A stretch of 64,000 nt of DNA from an uncultured cyanobacterium (GCA_963793425.1 CAWCAG010000009.1:128001-192000), one strand, 5' to 3'. Shown: positions 41,779 to 52,427, counted from the stretch's first letter. The notes: generated from the letters alone by a model not told the origin. Made by a program: numbers and translations.

Positions 41779-41837
41779 CGCGTAGTAAATGCGACAATGC
41801 TCCGCAAACGTGTAAACGTTGTCGCATTTACTATGCG
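41779..41837 (+). repeat. 21-bp inverted repeat hairpin
   Basis: CGCGTAGTAAATGCGACAATG / CGTTGTCGCATTTACTATGCG. Confidence 0.8.
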
Positions 41838-41950
41838 TTGCTGTAGGCTAGCCTTGCGCCCTGGCTACATTTATCATCAGTTATTTGCGAGCGAAAAACT
41901 CTCCATAACCCATGTCTTAAATGAGTTGCCAAACAAATGTTCTAATAATT

Positions 41951-42064
41951 TATAGCAATTCTTAGCCACGTGAGGTACATAGCTTTTACTCATACTCTCT
42001 ACTTCCTGCTCCCTGCTCCCTCAAACCAAGAATTTAGTAGCTCATAAGTAAGATAATTGCTATA
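41951..42064. mobile_element. MITE-like element
   Basis: Terminal inverted repeat TATAGCAATT...AATTGCTATA, no ORF; a related right end (TGTACCTC..TGAGAATTGCCATA) lies at ~31812-31840. Confidence 0.65.
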
Positions 42065-42176
42065 AAGTGAAATACTATTCAGTTTTCCCCGCAGCAATTC
42101 CATTTCCGGAAAAACTGCTCAGCAATTATTAAGGTGTAGGGATGTGGGGGTGTAAGGGTATAGGGGGGTAGGGGTT

Positions 42177-42449
42177 GGATTTTGCTACAAAATGAGAGAA
42201 CAGTTCTTTCCAATCTTAATAACTGAAATCTTTCCAGACAAAAAAGAAGTGGCTCATGAGCACCGTTACTTTTGTAGAATCTTGATAACGGGGAAACAAT
42301 AAATTTATAATCTCACGCGCTCCTATATCTTGTACACGCTAACCATATTTTTTCTCTAAATCAATATCTTCAGTATCTTCGTATTCCCAATATTCAGCAT
42401 CATGTTTCATTTCTTCTATTAGTTGCAAAATCTTATCTGTTTTATTCAT
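42177..42449 (-). pseudogene. Small acidic immunity-like gene remnant
   Basis: ATG at 42449 reads MNKTDKILQLIEEMKHDAEYWEYEDTEDIDLEKKYG*RVQDIGAREII...WKDFSY*DWKELF, with two in-frame stops. Confidence 0.45.
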
Positions 42450-42589
42450 GAAATTACTCAACTGTTAAATATAATCTTTTTTATTTAAAATTCGTCAGCT
42501 ATAAGTTCTACATCGCTACTAATAAAGCCTTTATTTACTAATAAATTATATGCTAGTCTCTGATTTTCTATTGTAGGTGTATAGTCGAA

Positions 42590-42809
42590 GTAGGGTGGGC
42601 AAAAAGATAGTTAGGTTGTCTGTTAAGCTCGTTTTGTCATGTTTGCCCACCATTACCGAGTTAATTATTTGTGGGCAAGAGCGAATAAATTTTTGATGCT
42701 CATTTAACTTGCTTATCTTGCCCACCCTACTAAGTGCGATCACTTATTGGTGGGCAAACTTAATAACAACAATAGTTTCATTTTGTTGCATAAAGTCTGC
42801 CCGCCCTAC
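42590..42809. repeat. GTAG-family REP cluster, second copy
   Basis: GTAGGGTGGGCAA...TTGCCCACCCTAC (42590-42730) plus a further GGTGGGCA / TGCCCGCCCTAC pair. Confidence 0.8.
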
Positions 42810-43004
42810 AAGATAAGCGATCGCATTAAAAAGCAAGCTCAACTTACTACTAGTTACTTGAAAATGTGAACTGTTTAGGCGGAATAATGTACTTGTTTTA
42901 ACCTAAAGAAAAACAACTGTGTTTGTATTTTGGGTTCAATTCTCGGGCAAAACAGCCTATCCTCCAGAAAACCGTTATGCAAGTTACAAGAGTAGACAAT
43001 TTCT

Positions 43005-43212
43005 TCACCTTCTGAAAATCATCTTTCCAGAAGGAAGAATTAGAGGCGATTCAGAATTATTGAGGGGATGATATTCATAAACTTTAAAATTTTTGACATC
43101 TATGGTGATTGTTTGCTCTCTAATCTTCGAGTTAGGGAAAAAAGCTGTATCCCAGAATTCTAACTCACCAAAGTAGCCATGAATGGTTTTGATTTTTTCT
43201 TAACCTTTTCAT
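43005..43212 (-). pseudogene. Candidate cognate immunity gene remnant
   Basis: ATG at 43212 overlaps the toxin 3' end; after a frameshift it reads IKTIHGYFGELEFWDTAFF...YEYHPLN..SGKMIF. Confidence 0.5.
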
Positions 43213-45109
43213 AAATTATGGTTGTAATTTCGCCACCTACTTCTCTCCATCAGAAGGCGGAAGTCTAAGTCATCAAATCTAGGATCTAATGATTAGTCGT
43301 CACCAACAAACGCAATCCCAGGGCATCTAAAGTTTCCTCGTTAGGCTTCTTCGACTTCCTGTACCAGTCCCCCACCAATATCTATCTGAGCAATTAGCAT
43401 TTATGCTGATGCGTCCACCAGGCTTCAACAACCTATCAGCTTCTTCAATAAATGCACCCTGCTGTCCACTGCATCAATCTTCATCAACGCTATTGCCTCT
43501 GGGAAAATTTTGAGAAGTCAGCCAGTAGTTGCTCTTATTCCTTTCTTCAGCAATTATATCGTAGTTAATGCTCCTGGTGTTGAGATACTCTCCCTCCAAA
43601 TAAATCTAAAGTTATACTTTCCCCTGAAGCAATCTTGCGGGCAACAAAAGCTTTAGCTTCATCGACATTAAGAAATCGAGAGCTAGGAAGATTAGGATTA
43701 GGCTCAGAGCCTTGTCTTCCCCCCTCAATTCGCATCGGTCCTTGAATATCGTCTACCTCTGCTGGTACACGACCTCCGTTAGCTGGCACTAATTCACCAT
43801 CCGGCCCTAAGCGCCTCCCCAAAGCCTCCAACACTTGATCTATCTGTTGCCTAATTTTGTTGAACGCCTCCTCCAACATGGAACTATTGTTCCTAACCTG
43901 CTCCAGTGCTTCCTGCAACTGCCGTTTCTGTGCCGCTATGGGACCAATGCCTGGAATACGCTCCACTAGATCGGAAATACGCCTCAATAAGTCATTCCAC
44001 TCGTTTGTGCCAATCTCTACCCACTTCCCCCAATTATCCTGCACAAAGCGGCGAAATTCAGCAATACCTCCTTCTGGCAACACTCGACGAATCAGCCCCA
44101 GCAAATCATCAACTATTGCTAAGGCTTCATCTGTTCCCTTGAGCAGGACTTTGCTGATTCCTTTGACTGCACTACCAATAGTAGGAATCAAACCAATAAG
44201 AGAAAAAGCTAACCCCACCCATCGTAAAGGCTTATTAACCTCTCCTTTAAACAGCATGAAGTAAAGATGAGCAATCAGAACCGACCATCTGCCACCTGAT
44301 CAAATCCTGGTATTACTTCTATGGCAGTATCGATACCAATTTCTGCAAACTTGGGTCACTCTTAAATTCTCCAAGCAAGCCACACCAATGGCTTAAGCAT
44401 CCCCCATAATCTTTGCTGCCAACTTTGTTCGTCCTCTTGCTCAGCTTGAGATAGAGTTGCGTCAATCTTCATCAGATAATAATAAATTACAGATATTTGA
44501 GATAAAAGATAGGCAGACGCAGGATCACTTTCAGACATATCTAAAGCTGCCTTATAGTAATTCATTGCTTCAGCAAGGCTGTTGTTTTCAAAAGCCACAT
44601 CACCCATACTGGTACATGATTCAAAACTGTTGCACTGAAGCGATTGTTCTCTCTGCCCTTGAGATTGAAGCTGTTTTTCTCCCTGGTTATCTTGAGTTGT
44701 TTTTGGTTGAACTTGTTGTTTTATTTCTTCTTCTGCTGATTTATTTTGTATCCCTTGAGATGGTGTTTGAGTATCATCAACGTTACTATCTAAAGCTTGA
44801 AGTCTCTGACACTTCTCCCACTGTTGTGCCAAAAATGCTTGCTGGTTTTGTTGACATGCTGCTACTGCGTTGTAAGGACTTTGTAGCCAATTCGGAGTTG
44901 AAAAGGAAGTAGTGTTTCCTTCTATTTCTTCTGGGTGTGGAGGTACATCGTGCTTTGGTGTTGAGTCTAATTTATGTGGCAGCTTAGAAGGTTTGAAGGT
45001 AGATTTCTTTTGGGGAGGTTCATAGCTAGCCAGAATTAATCTTGGGGAAATTTTGGGTAGGTCAAGCCACTTGGACTCTCTCTACTTTGGGCTTAAGCAA
45101 TTTCCCCAT
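43195..45109 (-). pseudogene. Polymorphic toxin-like gene: low-complexity N-terminus, FIX-like domain, linker, SAM-methyltransferase-like C-terminus
   Basis: Stitched across frameshifts: GLLGEFKSDPS/AEIGIDTAIEVIPGFDQVADGR/LIAHL..RWVGLAFSLIGLIPTIGSAVKG, then LDLFGG, SVDE and RLLKPGGRI. Confidence 0.7.
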
Positions 45110-45321
45110 ACTTTACCCCTAAAGTCTGAGAAATATGTTGTCTATATGTACTTAATGTTTTTCTTTAGATTATTTCTAACTCAAAAGAAACACTTTCAAT
45201 ATCCCATCGAATCCAAGCATAAGGATTTTCTAATACTCCTTTTAATACATACATTTTTACAAAGCTATTACGTTCTAAAAACGGTCTAACAACAATCAAG
45301 TGCGCGTATCCCGTTCCCCTA

Positions 45322-47160
45322 CTAAGGAGTTTCTATATTTTCCACATCTGGAGAACTATCAGAATTATCTTGCTTCTCCAAAGAATCAAGGAACCATTTA
45401 GTTGCGAAACCAGCTATCCCTACTATGGTTAATATAGCTATAACCCCTAACAAGATAGCTAAACCCTTTGGTAAAGATCCTTTGGTAGTTTCTATTTCTA
45501 ATTCTTCTACCTCTTCTATTTCTTCTATTGGCGGTAAGGGAGAAGACACTACCCCTTGTTCTTCTGCTTCTGAATTAAGCAATGCCTCGCTAATCACACT
45601 TACCCCTGGTAACTCTGATAAATTAACCAATACAGGATACTGAGCAGAAACGCCGTAGTAAGCCAAAGAAATGGTGGTATTATCGTGACCATTTTTTTCG
45701 TTGGCTAGATTAATCAAATTCTGGGCAACTTCATCTAAAGAAACTTTACCGGCGATCGCATCAGGAGCAAAATCTTGCCAATATTGCTCAATTAAATCAT
45801 TATCGCTCAAGCCATCGGAGCAAAGTAGTAATAGTCCATCTTCTTCTATAAGCAATCTTTTTACCCTCGGACGCAACAAATCAGCATCCTTAGTACCCAA
45901 AGCTTGGATCAAAGCCCCTGCATCTGGACGTTGCCAAGCTTCTCGATACAAACTCCGCCCCAAGCTCACTTCTCGACTAGCGACATCATCATCCACCGTC
46001 AACTTTTGGCAATATTTTGAGGTAATCCAATAAGCACGACTATCCCCAACCCAAGCGAGGTAAAGTTCATGGCTATTCCCTACTCCTGACTCTGGTTGGC
46101 GCAATTGTTGCGGGAGTTGTAACCCCATAACTAAAGTAGTTGCCATGCGCCTACGGGATTCTCTACCTTGTTCATCATTCCGTGCTGCGATGACATTATT
46201 AATCACTCGAATCACTGCGGTTAATTGCTGTGCTACCAAATCCGGACTCATAATTTCGGTATCTTCAGCAATCTCTCTTAATAAAGCACGGATTTGCAAC
46301 TTCAAAGTTTGTACTGCTAGCTGACTAGCAACTTCTCCCCCTTCATGACCCCCAATACCGTCGCAAATAGCTGTGAGATGTTGGCTTAAAGGATCACCAC
46401 TTTCATAAATATCTTCTTTTGTGGGATAATAACTGTCTTCGTTATGATTTTGACGTGGCCCAGCATCAGTAATGCCGGTAATTCTTACCCTCAGAGGTTT
46501 TTGGGAAGCTGTTTCTAATAAGAGACGATTAAAGCGAGATTGCAGACTAACTAAAGAAACACCATCACTTTCTAACTCTGAAACAAACCCTTCTAATTGC
46601 AAGGCAACATCACTGCTAGCATAACTAACCAAGGATGACCAAAGATTCCCTAATTGTTGTAAATTAGCAGGAGTTGTCGTTTCAGGATGTAATTCTAACA
46701 ACCACAGTCGCCAACCTTGCACCCGCAAATTATCCTTGTGCAGCAAGCTAGAAGCGACTCCTGCTGCTTGTAAAGGTGACCACAAATCTAGCATTTGCCA
46801 TAGCCAATAAAGCTGTCTCACAGCAGATGCTTCTCCCCAAGCATCTGCCAAACTAGGATAAAGATGTCCCTGTTCATCTATCGGTACATTTTCTAATAAC
46901 ACCACCTCAGATTTACCTAAAGGGCAAACTCCATAGATTTCAGGAACATGGAGGCGTTGAGGAAGCAATTTCAGGTATATTTGTACCCAGTCTGATAAAG
47001 AATCCTCTAGAGAAACTGGCTGTTCTGGTTGAGTATCCTGCCAAATTTGAGGCCCAATGACTTTGTACCTATCTTCAATAAAATCGACTTGCGATAATTG
47101 AGTTGCACTTTCTCCTGATGCCCAAAGATAAGGGTTAATTTTTTGTTGCAAGCTAACCAT
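45322..47160 (-). CDS. PP2C (PPM) Ser/Thr phosphatase with N-terminal accessory domain and C-terminal TM
   Basis: HNED, CDGIGGHEGGEVAS, VGDSRAY, CSDGL and GHDNTT. Confidence 0.92.
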   Translation of the reverse strand: MVSLQQKINPYLWASGESATQLSQVDFIEDRYKVIGPQIWQDTQPEQPVSLEDSLSDWVQIYLKLLPQRLHVPEIYGVCPLGKSEVVLLENVPIDEQGHLYPSLADAWGEASAVRQLYWLWQMLDLWSPLQAAGVASSLLHKDNLRVQGWRLWLLELHPETTTPANLQQLGNLWSSLVSYASSDVALQLEGFVSELESDGVSLVSLQSRFNRLLLETASQKPLRVRITGITDAGPRQNHNEDSYYPTKEDIYESGDPLSQHLTAICDGIGGHEGGEVASQLAVQTLKLQIRALLREIAEDTEIMSPDLVAQQLTAVIRVINNVIAARNDEQGRESRRRMATTLVMGLQLPQQLRQPESGVGNSHELYLAWVGDSRAYWITSKYCQKLTVDDDVASREVSLGRSLYREAWQRPDAGALIQALGTKDADLLRPRVKRLLIEEDGLLLLCSDGLSDNDLIEQYWQDFAPDAIAGKVSLDEVAQNLINLANEKNGHDNTTISLAYYGVSAQYPVLVNLSELPGVSVISEALLNSEAEEQGVVSSPLPPIEEIEEVEELEIETTKGSLPKGLAILLGVIAILTIVGIAGFATKWFLDSLEKQDNSDSSPDVENIETP

Positions 47161-47317
47161 AAACTTAAAGTTTTCTTAAAAACAGTCCGACGGGAGACTA
47201 AATAAATAAAGATAACAAACACTATAATTGAGATGGAATGCTTTAGAGAAACATTCTCATGTTTGAGCATTGAGGACATTAGTTTCCTGCCTCAATGTGC
47301 TTCACTAACACTCATTT

Positions 47318-47749
47318 ATGCCTAATCCTACCTTAATCTGGCTAATTGCCGGGTCACTCCTTTGTTTAACAGAGTTAGTTTTGCCCAGTGCTTTCGTATC
47401 TTTTATGATGGGGCTAAGCGCCCTGATGGTGGCGGGGATAGCTTTGATTTTGCCGCAATTCACTTTACAGGTGGCTATTTGGTTGATTTTATCTACTGCC
47501 TTAATTTTTCTTTCTCGCCGCTTGTTTAGTCCGAATCGCCCCTTAAGGGATTTAGGTGAAGATAGTGAAGGAAGAACTTTAACTGCAATTGAACCAGGAG
47601 AAGCAGGAAGGGTACTCTATGAAGGAAACTCTTGGCGGGCTAAATGTGCAGAGGATTGGCAAGCTATAGCAGCTAGTGAAAAAGTTTATATTCTCAGAAA
47701 AGAAGGTAACACTTTAATCGTTTTACCACAAAAAATTCTTTCTTCTTAA
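47318..47749 (+). CDS. NfeD family protein
   Basis: Hydrophobic N-terminus, OB-fold GRVLYEGNSWRA; directly upstream of the SPFH gene. Confidence 0.9.
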   Translation: MPNPTLIWLIAGSLLCLTELVLPSAFVSFMMGLSALMVAGIALILPQFTLQVAIWLILSTALIFLSRRLFSPNRPLRDLGEDSEGRTLTAIEPGEAGRVLYEGNSWRAKCAEDWQAIAASEKVYILRKEGNTLIVLPQKILSS

Positions 47750-47828
47750 TGGAGAAGAACTTCACCCAAACTCAGCTTTTCAGTTTGTAGTCTTTATTAA
47801 TTAAAATTACAATTTCAGGAGATATCTA

Positions 47829-48842
47829 ATGGGAAATTATTTACTTCTAGCGTTTCTATCAATAATTGGTTGTGGAGTTGCAGGCTCAGTTAAGATTGTT
47901 CAAGAAAAAGAACAGTATTTAGTAGAAAACCTGGGTAGCTATAAACGTAGACTCGATCCTGGTTTGAATTTCGTTACCCCTTTCCTCGACAAAGTTGTTT
48001 ACAAAGGTAACATCAAAGAAAAAGTTCTGGATATCCCTCCTCAATCTTGCATCACCCGCGACAACGTTTCTATTAGTGTTGATGCGGTGGTTTATTGGCG
48101 GATTATGGATATGTACAAAGCCCACTATAAGGTAGAAAATCTTCGGGATGCCATGGTCAATATGGTACTCACCCAAATTCGTTCCGAAATGGGGCAGCTT
48201 GAACTAGATCAAACCTTTACCGCCAGGACTGAAATTAATGAAATTCTCCTCCGGGAGCTAGATATCGCCACCGATCCTTGGGGAGTTAAAGTAACTAGAG
48301 TAGAATTGCGAGATATTGTTCCTTCCCGTGCGGTACAAGATTCCATGGAATTGCAAATGTCCGCTGAAAGGAAAAAACGAGCAGCAATCCTTACCTCTGA
48401 AGGAGAAAAAGACTCAGCAGTCAACTCTGCTAAAGGTAAAGCAGAAGCCAGGGTATTAGATGCAGAAGCCCGCAAAAAATCTGCTATTTTGGATGCAGAA
48501 GCCGAACAAACCGCTATTGTTCTCAAAGCTGAAGCAGAACGTAAAGAAAAAGTGCTTCAAGCACAAGCCACAGCAGAAGCCTTAGAAATCGTTTCCCTGA
48601 AGCTACAATCAGATCCTCAAAGCCATGAAGCCTTGAAGTTTCTCTTAACCCAAAATTATTTGGATATGGGGAAAGCTATTGGTAATAGTGAAAGTAGTAA
48701 GGTGATGTTTCTCGACCCAGGTAGTATTATTTCCACCTTAGAGGGGATGCGTTCTATTGTAGGTAATAACAATAACTTAAACCAGGATTTTGCCAACCTT
48801 AATCTAACCCCAGAAAAAATTGACCGCCATTCTGCTGAATGA
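47829..48842 (+). CDS. SPFH/band-7 (stomatin-like) protein
   Basis: [35 protein letters not shown] and AEA repeats. Confidence 0.95.
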   Translation: MGNYLLLAFLSIIGCGVAGSVKIVQEKEQYLVENLGSYKRRLDPGLNFVTPFLDKVVYKGNIKEKVLDIPPQSCITRDNVSISVDAVVYWRIMDMYKAHYKVENLRDAMVNMVLTQIRSEMGQLELDQTFTARTEINEILLRELDIATDPWGVKVTRVELRDIVPSRAVQDSMELQMSAERKKRAAILTSEGEKDSAVNSAKGKAEARVLDAEARKKSAILDAEAEQTAIVLKAEAERKEKVLQAQATAEALEIVSLKLQSDPQSHEALKFLLTQNYLDMGKAIGNSESSKVMFLDPGSIISTLEGMRSIVGNNNNLNQDFANLNLTPEKIDRHSAE

Positions 48843-48944
48843 GCTTAGTTAATTTGTTTTTAAACAAAGAAAATTAAATCATCCTAATATTTTTGCTAGA
48901 GGCGTTAATTCAACGTCTCTACCGTTTTAATAACTAAAGCCTCT

Positions 48945-50057
48945 ATGCAAATAGCATCTTCTTTGTCCAGACCAAAAAACCACTTCTCCTATCAACTAGC
49001 TAAACTAGATGCGCTTAGAGGCTTTGCTAGTATTTATATTGTTTTACATCACTTGGTTGCTAACTTTGTTAACTCCACAAAGGGAACTTCTTCGTTACTA
49101 AAAACACTAAAACTTGTTTTTAGTTTTGGACAAGAATTTGTAATAATATTTTTTCTAATTAGTGGTTGTGTTATTTATTTATCGACCATAAGAAATAGCC
49201 AAATTAATTTTAGTACTTACTTTTTTAAACGTTTTAGACGTATATATCCTCCGGTTGTGGTCGCAATTCTACTATCTATACTAATTGTTATCTTGAATGG
49301 TAAAATTGCGCGGGGCATCGATTTAAGGCAGCTTATGGGTAACTTATTGATGCTGCAAGATACTGGTTTCACCAAACCAGGAGTTTGGTGTGAACCTTTT
49401 GTAAACAACTATCCTCTTTGGTCTTTATCTTACCAATGGTGGTTTTATATGTTGTTTTTCCCCCTTTATAAAATTTTACCTCAGCGTAATTATCGCATTT
49501 ATTTTATTCTCTTTATTTCTGGGAGTGCTTGGCTAAGTTACCTAGCCCGACCTAACTATCTTTTTTTAGTCTTTACTTATTTCATTATTTGGTGGTCTGG
49601 TTTAGAAACTGCTGCTGTTTTTATGCGGAATGGCTCCTTAAGCTTGAGTAAAATGAAACATATATTCATTTGCTTAGGCATTATGTGTCTTTTCACTTTT
49701 CTACCTTTGCTGCAAGCCGAGAAAATAAGTTTTGGTATCTATCCTTTCTTAATGTTTAGACACTTCTTTGCTAGCTTATTACTATTAGCTATTGCCCTTT
49801 TTTGGTATCAAAGGGGCATGATATTTTTTCAAGAAACTCTAGGTCATTTTGCTATTTTGGCTCCCATATCCTATGGTATTTATCTCTTTCATTATCCCAT
49901 TTTAATCTCTTGGAATACTAGCCCATGGTCACCTAACATCCTCTTATCTCTAGGTATTAAATTATTCTGCGTTGTGGGTTTAGCCTATTTAGTGGAGCAA
50001 AAAATTCAACCAAGTATTCGCGAGTTTTTCCAACCCAAAAAATTACCCGTGGGTTAG
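48945..50057 (+). CDS. Acyltransferase family 3 (OafA-like) membrane protein
   Basis: LDALRGFA, FFLISG, KRFRRIYPP, WSLSYQWWFY and SYGIYLFH. Confidence 0.9.
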   Translation: MQIASSLSRPKNHFSYQLAKLDALRGFASIYIVLHHLVANFVNSTKGTSSLLKTLKLVFSFGQEFVIIFFLISGCVIYLSTIRNSQINFSTYFFKRFRRIYPPVVVAILLSILIVILNGKIARGIDLRQLMGNLLMLQDTGFTKPGVWCEPFVNNYPLWSLSYQWWFYMLFFPLYKILPQRNYRIYFILFISGSAWLSYLARPNYLFLVFTYFIIWWSGLETAAVFMRNGSLSLSKMKHIFICLGIMCLFTFLPLLQAEKISFGIYPFLMFRHFFASLLLLAIALFWYQRGMIFFQETLGHFAILAPISYGIYLFHYPILISWNTSPWSPNILLSLGIKLFCVVGLAYLVEQKIQPSIREFFQPKKLPVG

Positions 50058-50204
50058 AAAGAAATAATGAATACTTTTCCAAGGAGCTGTTGCAGTAAGT
50101 TAAACTTATAAATACCTTAACTAGGGGCTAACCAAAAATACTTCAGCGAATTTTAGAAAACTAATCAGAAAAAGAACGGCCAATCGACCAATAATCAATC
50201 CCTA

Positions 50205-52427
50205 ATGACTAATGAAAAGAAACTCCCTAAGCCCATAGGTCAACTTCTAACTTTAGGACTGCCGGTACTAGGTATTTGTGTTACTTTTAGTGCCATCGTC
50301 ATTGGAGTGCGATCGCTAGGTTGGCTAGAAGCAGGGGAACTAAATATTTTTGATCGTATGATGCAGTTACGGCCTACCCTGAAGCGGGACAGTCGGTTAA
50401 TAGTGGTCAAAGTTACTGAAGATGACATTCAAGAACAGAGTTGGCCTATATCCGATGCCGTTTTAAACCAGTTAGTTAGTAAATTAGCAAAACACGAACC
50501 TGCAGCCATCGGTTTAGATATTTATCGAGATATGCCCAATGAACCAGGGCATCAAGAATTTATTAACACCTTAAAAGAGAATCCCAAGGTTGTTCCGGTT
50601 TGTAAAGTAAGTGACCAAAAAAGCAAAGGAGTTGCCCCACCTCCAGGAATGGAGAAAGATCGTCCTGGTTTTGCAGATATTGTTGTTGATGGCGGTGGAA
50701 TTGTTCGTCGAGGACTTTTGTTTGTCGAAACAGGAGTTTCTCTTTGTCCCACTCCCTATGGCTTTTCCTTTCAGCTAGCCAGACTTTATTTAGAGAAACA
50801 AGGTATTGAACCGGAGTTAACGGAAAACAATGAACTAAAGTTTGGTCAGACTCTTTTTAAGCGCTTGTCTCCCAATGCGGGGGCTTACCGCAGCCTAGAT
50901 GAGCGAGGTTATCAAATCTTACTCAACTACCGTACCTCTGAGCAAATCGCTGACAGTTTAACTTTAGGAGAGGCTCTTAAAGAATCCTTAGATCCTACCT
51001 GGATTAAAGACAAGATTGTGATGGTCGGTATCACTGACTCCAGTATTGATGATACTTTTTACACCCCCTACAGCGCCAGCCAAACTGTTAATCAGACGAT
51101 GCCTGGAGTCGTTGTCCATGCCCAGTTAACCAGTCAAATTATTGATGCTGCATTAGGAGAAAGACCTTTATTTTGGTTTTTGAGTGAATGGCAAGAAATA
51201 CTCTGGATTGTAGGTTGGTCTTTGGCAGGAGGCGCAACTATCACTCTGATTCGTCATCCTTTATATGTAATTATCGCTTCTTCTAGTATTCTTATTGTCT
51301 TATTCGGTAGTAGTTGGGTTATTTTTCTCCAAGCAGGATGGGTTCCTATTGTCGCTCCTAGCTTGAGTTTTTTACTTAGTTGTGCTGCCACAGCGGTTTA
51401 TTTGGCTTACCGGGTTCATGAAGAGCGCCAGAATGTGGCAGCTTTGGTTGAAACTCAAAATGAAGATATTGCCCTACTCAAGTCTCTCCTCCAAGAAAAG
51501 ACCTATACTGAACCCCTCACTGTAGCGAGATCAACAAACCTAACCACAGAAAATCCCCTTGAGGAAGGAGACGATGAAACAGAATTCAGTACAGAAGCTC
51601 TATCTTGGGATAGTAGTTTTCGCTACCGTTCAGTAGGACATTATCAAATTACCAAAGTTATTGCTTCCGGAGGCTTTGGTTCCACTTATTTAGCCCAAGA
51701 TACTCGTCAAGAAAATGCCCCTCAATGTGTGATTAAGCACTTACAACCAGCAGTTCGTGACAAAAGATTTCTCACCGTAGCCCGGCGCTTGTTTCAAACA
51801 GAAGCAGAAATTCTCGGCAAGCTAGGAAAACACCCTCAAATTCCTGAACTCTTCGATAGTTTTGAAGAAGATGAAGAATTTTATTTGGTTGAACAATACA
51901 TTCCTGGTGAAACTCTTCACCAGGAATTAATACCAGATCAACGCATGGATGAAGCGAGAGTTGTTCAGATATTAAAAGACATTTTAACTGTTTTAGATTA
52001 TTTACAAAAGCATGGTGTGATTCATCGGGATATCAAACCTAGCAATATTATTAGCTCTCAAACAACTAATCAGTTAGTATTAATCGATTTTGGTGCAGTT
52101 AAAGAAATTAAGATTCAAGACCAAATTCATGAACATAATTTAACTGTGGCAATTGGTACTAAAGGTTATGCTCCCCCAGAACAATATGCTGGTCAACCTA
52201 ACTTTAGTAGTGATATTTATGCTTTAGGAATTATCGGCATTCAGGCGATGACAGGTATTGCCCCTAACCAGTTAGAAGTTGATGATTTTTCCGGTAATTT
52301 AAAATGGCAGCATCTTGTAAGGGTGTCAGAAGGTTTAATTAATATTGTTGATAAGATGTCACGCTATCATTTTCCGGAAAGATATAAGTCAGCGAAGGCA
52401 GTATTGGCAGATTTAGCAAAGTTGTAA
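50205..52427 (+). CDS. CHASE2-domain Ser/Thr protein kinase
   Basis: CHASE2 (WPISD, IGLDIYRD, DGGGIVRR, MPGVVVHA), 3 TM, GGFG, HRDIKPSN, DFG and PPEQ. Confidence 0.93.
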   Translation: MTNEKKLPKPIGQLLTLGLPVLGICVTFSAIVIGVRSLGWLEAGELNIFDRMMQLRPTLKRDSRLIVVKVTEDDIQEQSWPISDAVLNQLVSKLAKHEPAAIGLDIYRDMPNEPGHQEFINTLKENPKVVPVCKVSDQKSKGVAPPPGMEKDRPGFADIVVDGGGIVRRGLLFVETGVSLCPTPYGFSFQLARLYLEKQGIEPELTENNELKFGQTLFKRLSPNAGAYRSLDERGYQILLNYRTSEQIADSLTLGEALKESLDPTWIKDKIVMVGITDSSIDDTFYTPYSASQTVNQTMPGVVVHAQLTSQIIDAALGERPLFWFLSEWQEILWIVGWSLAGGATITLIRHPLYVIIASSSILIVLFGSSWVIFLQAGWVPIVAPSLSFLLSCAATAVYLAYRVHEERQNVAALVETQNEDIALLKSLLQEKTYTEPLTVARSTNLTTENPLEEGDDETEFSTEALSWDSSFRYRSVGHYQITKVIASGGFGSTYLAQDTRQENAPQCVIKHLQPAVRDKRFLTVARRLFQTEAEILGKLGKHPQIPELFDSFEEDEEFYLVEQYIPGETLHQELIPDQRMDEARVVQILKDILTVLDYLQKHGVIHRDIKPSNIISSQTTNQLVLIDFGAVKEIKIQDQIHEHNLTVAIGTKGYAPPEQYAGQPNFSSDIYALGIIGIQAMTGIAPNQLEVDDFSGNLKWQHLVRVSEGLINIVDKMSRYHFPERYKSAKAVLADLAKL

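Noticed and set aside
41767..41955. 62-aa ORF
   Set aside because: Made of a hairpin and tandem repeats with no protein-like features
42546..42743. 65-aa ORF
   Set aside because: Reads through the REP cluster
42590..42809. Repeat-spacer pattern suggesting a CRISPR array
   Set aside because: The repeats alternate in orientation and are short, spacing is irregular, and there are no cas genes; it fits REP clusters
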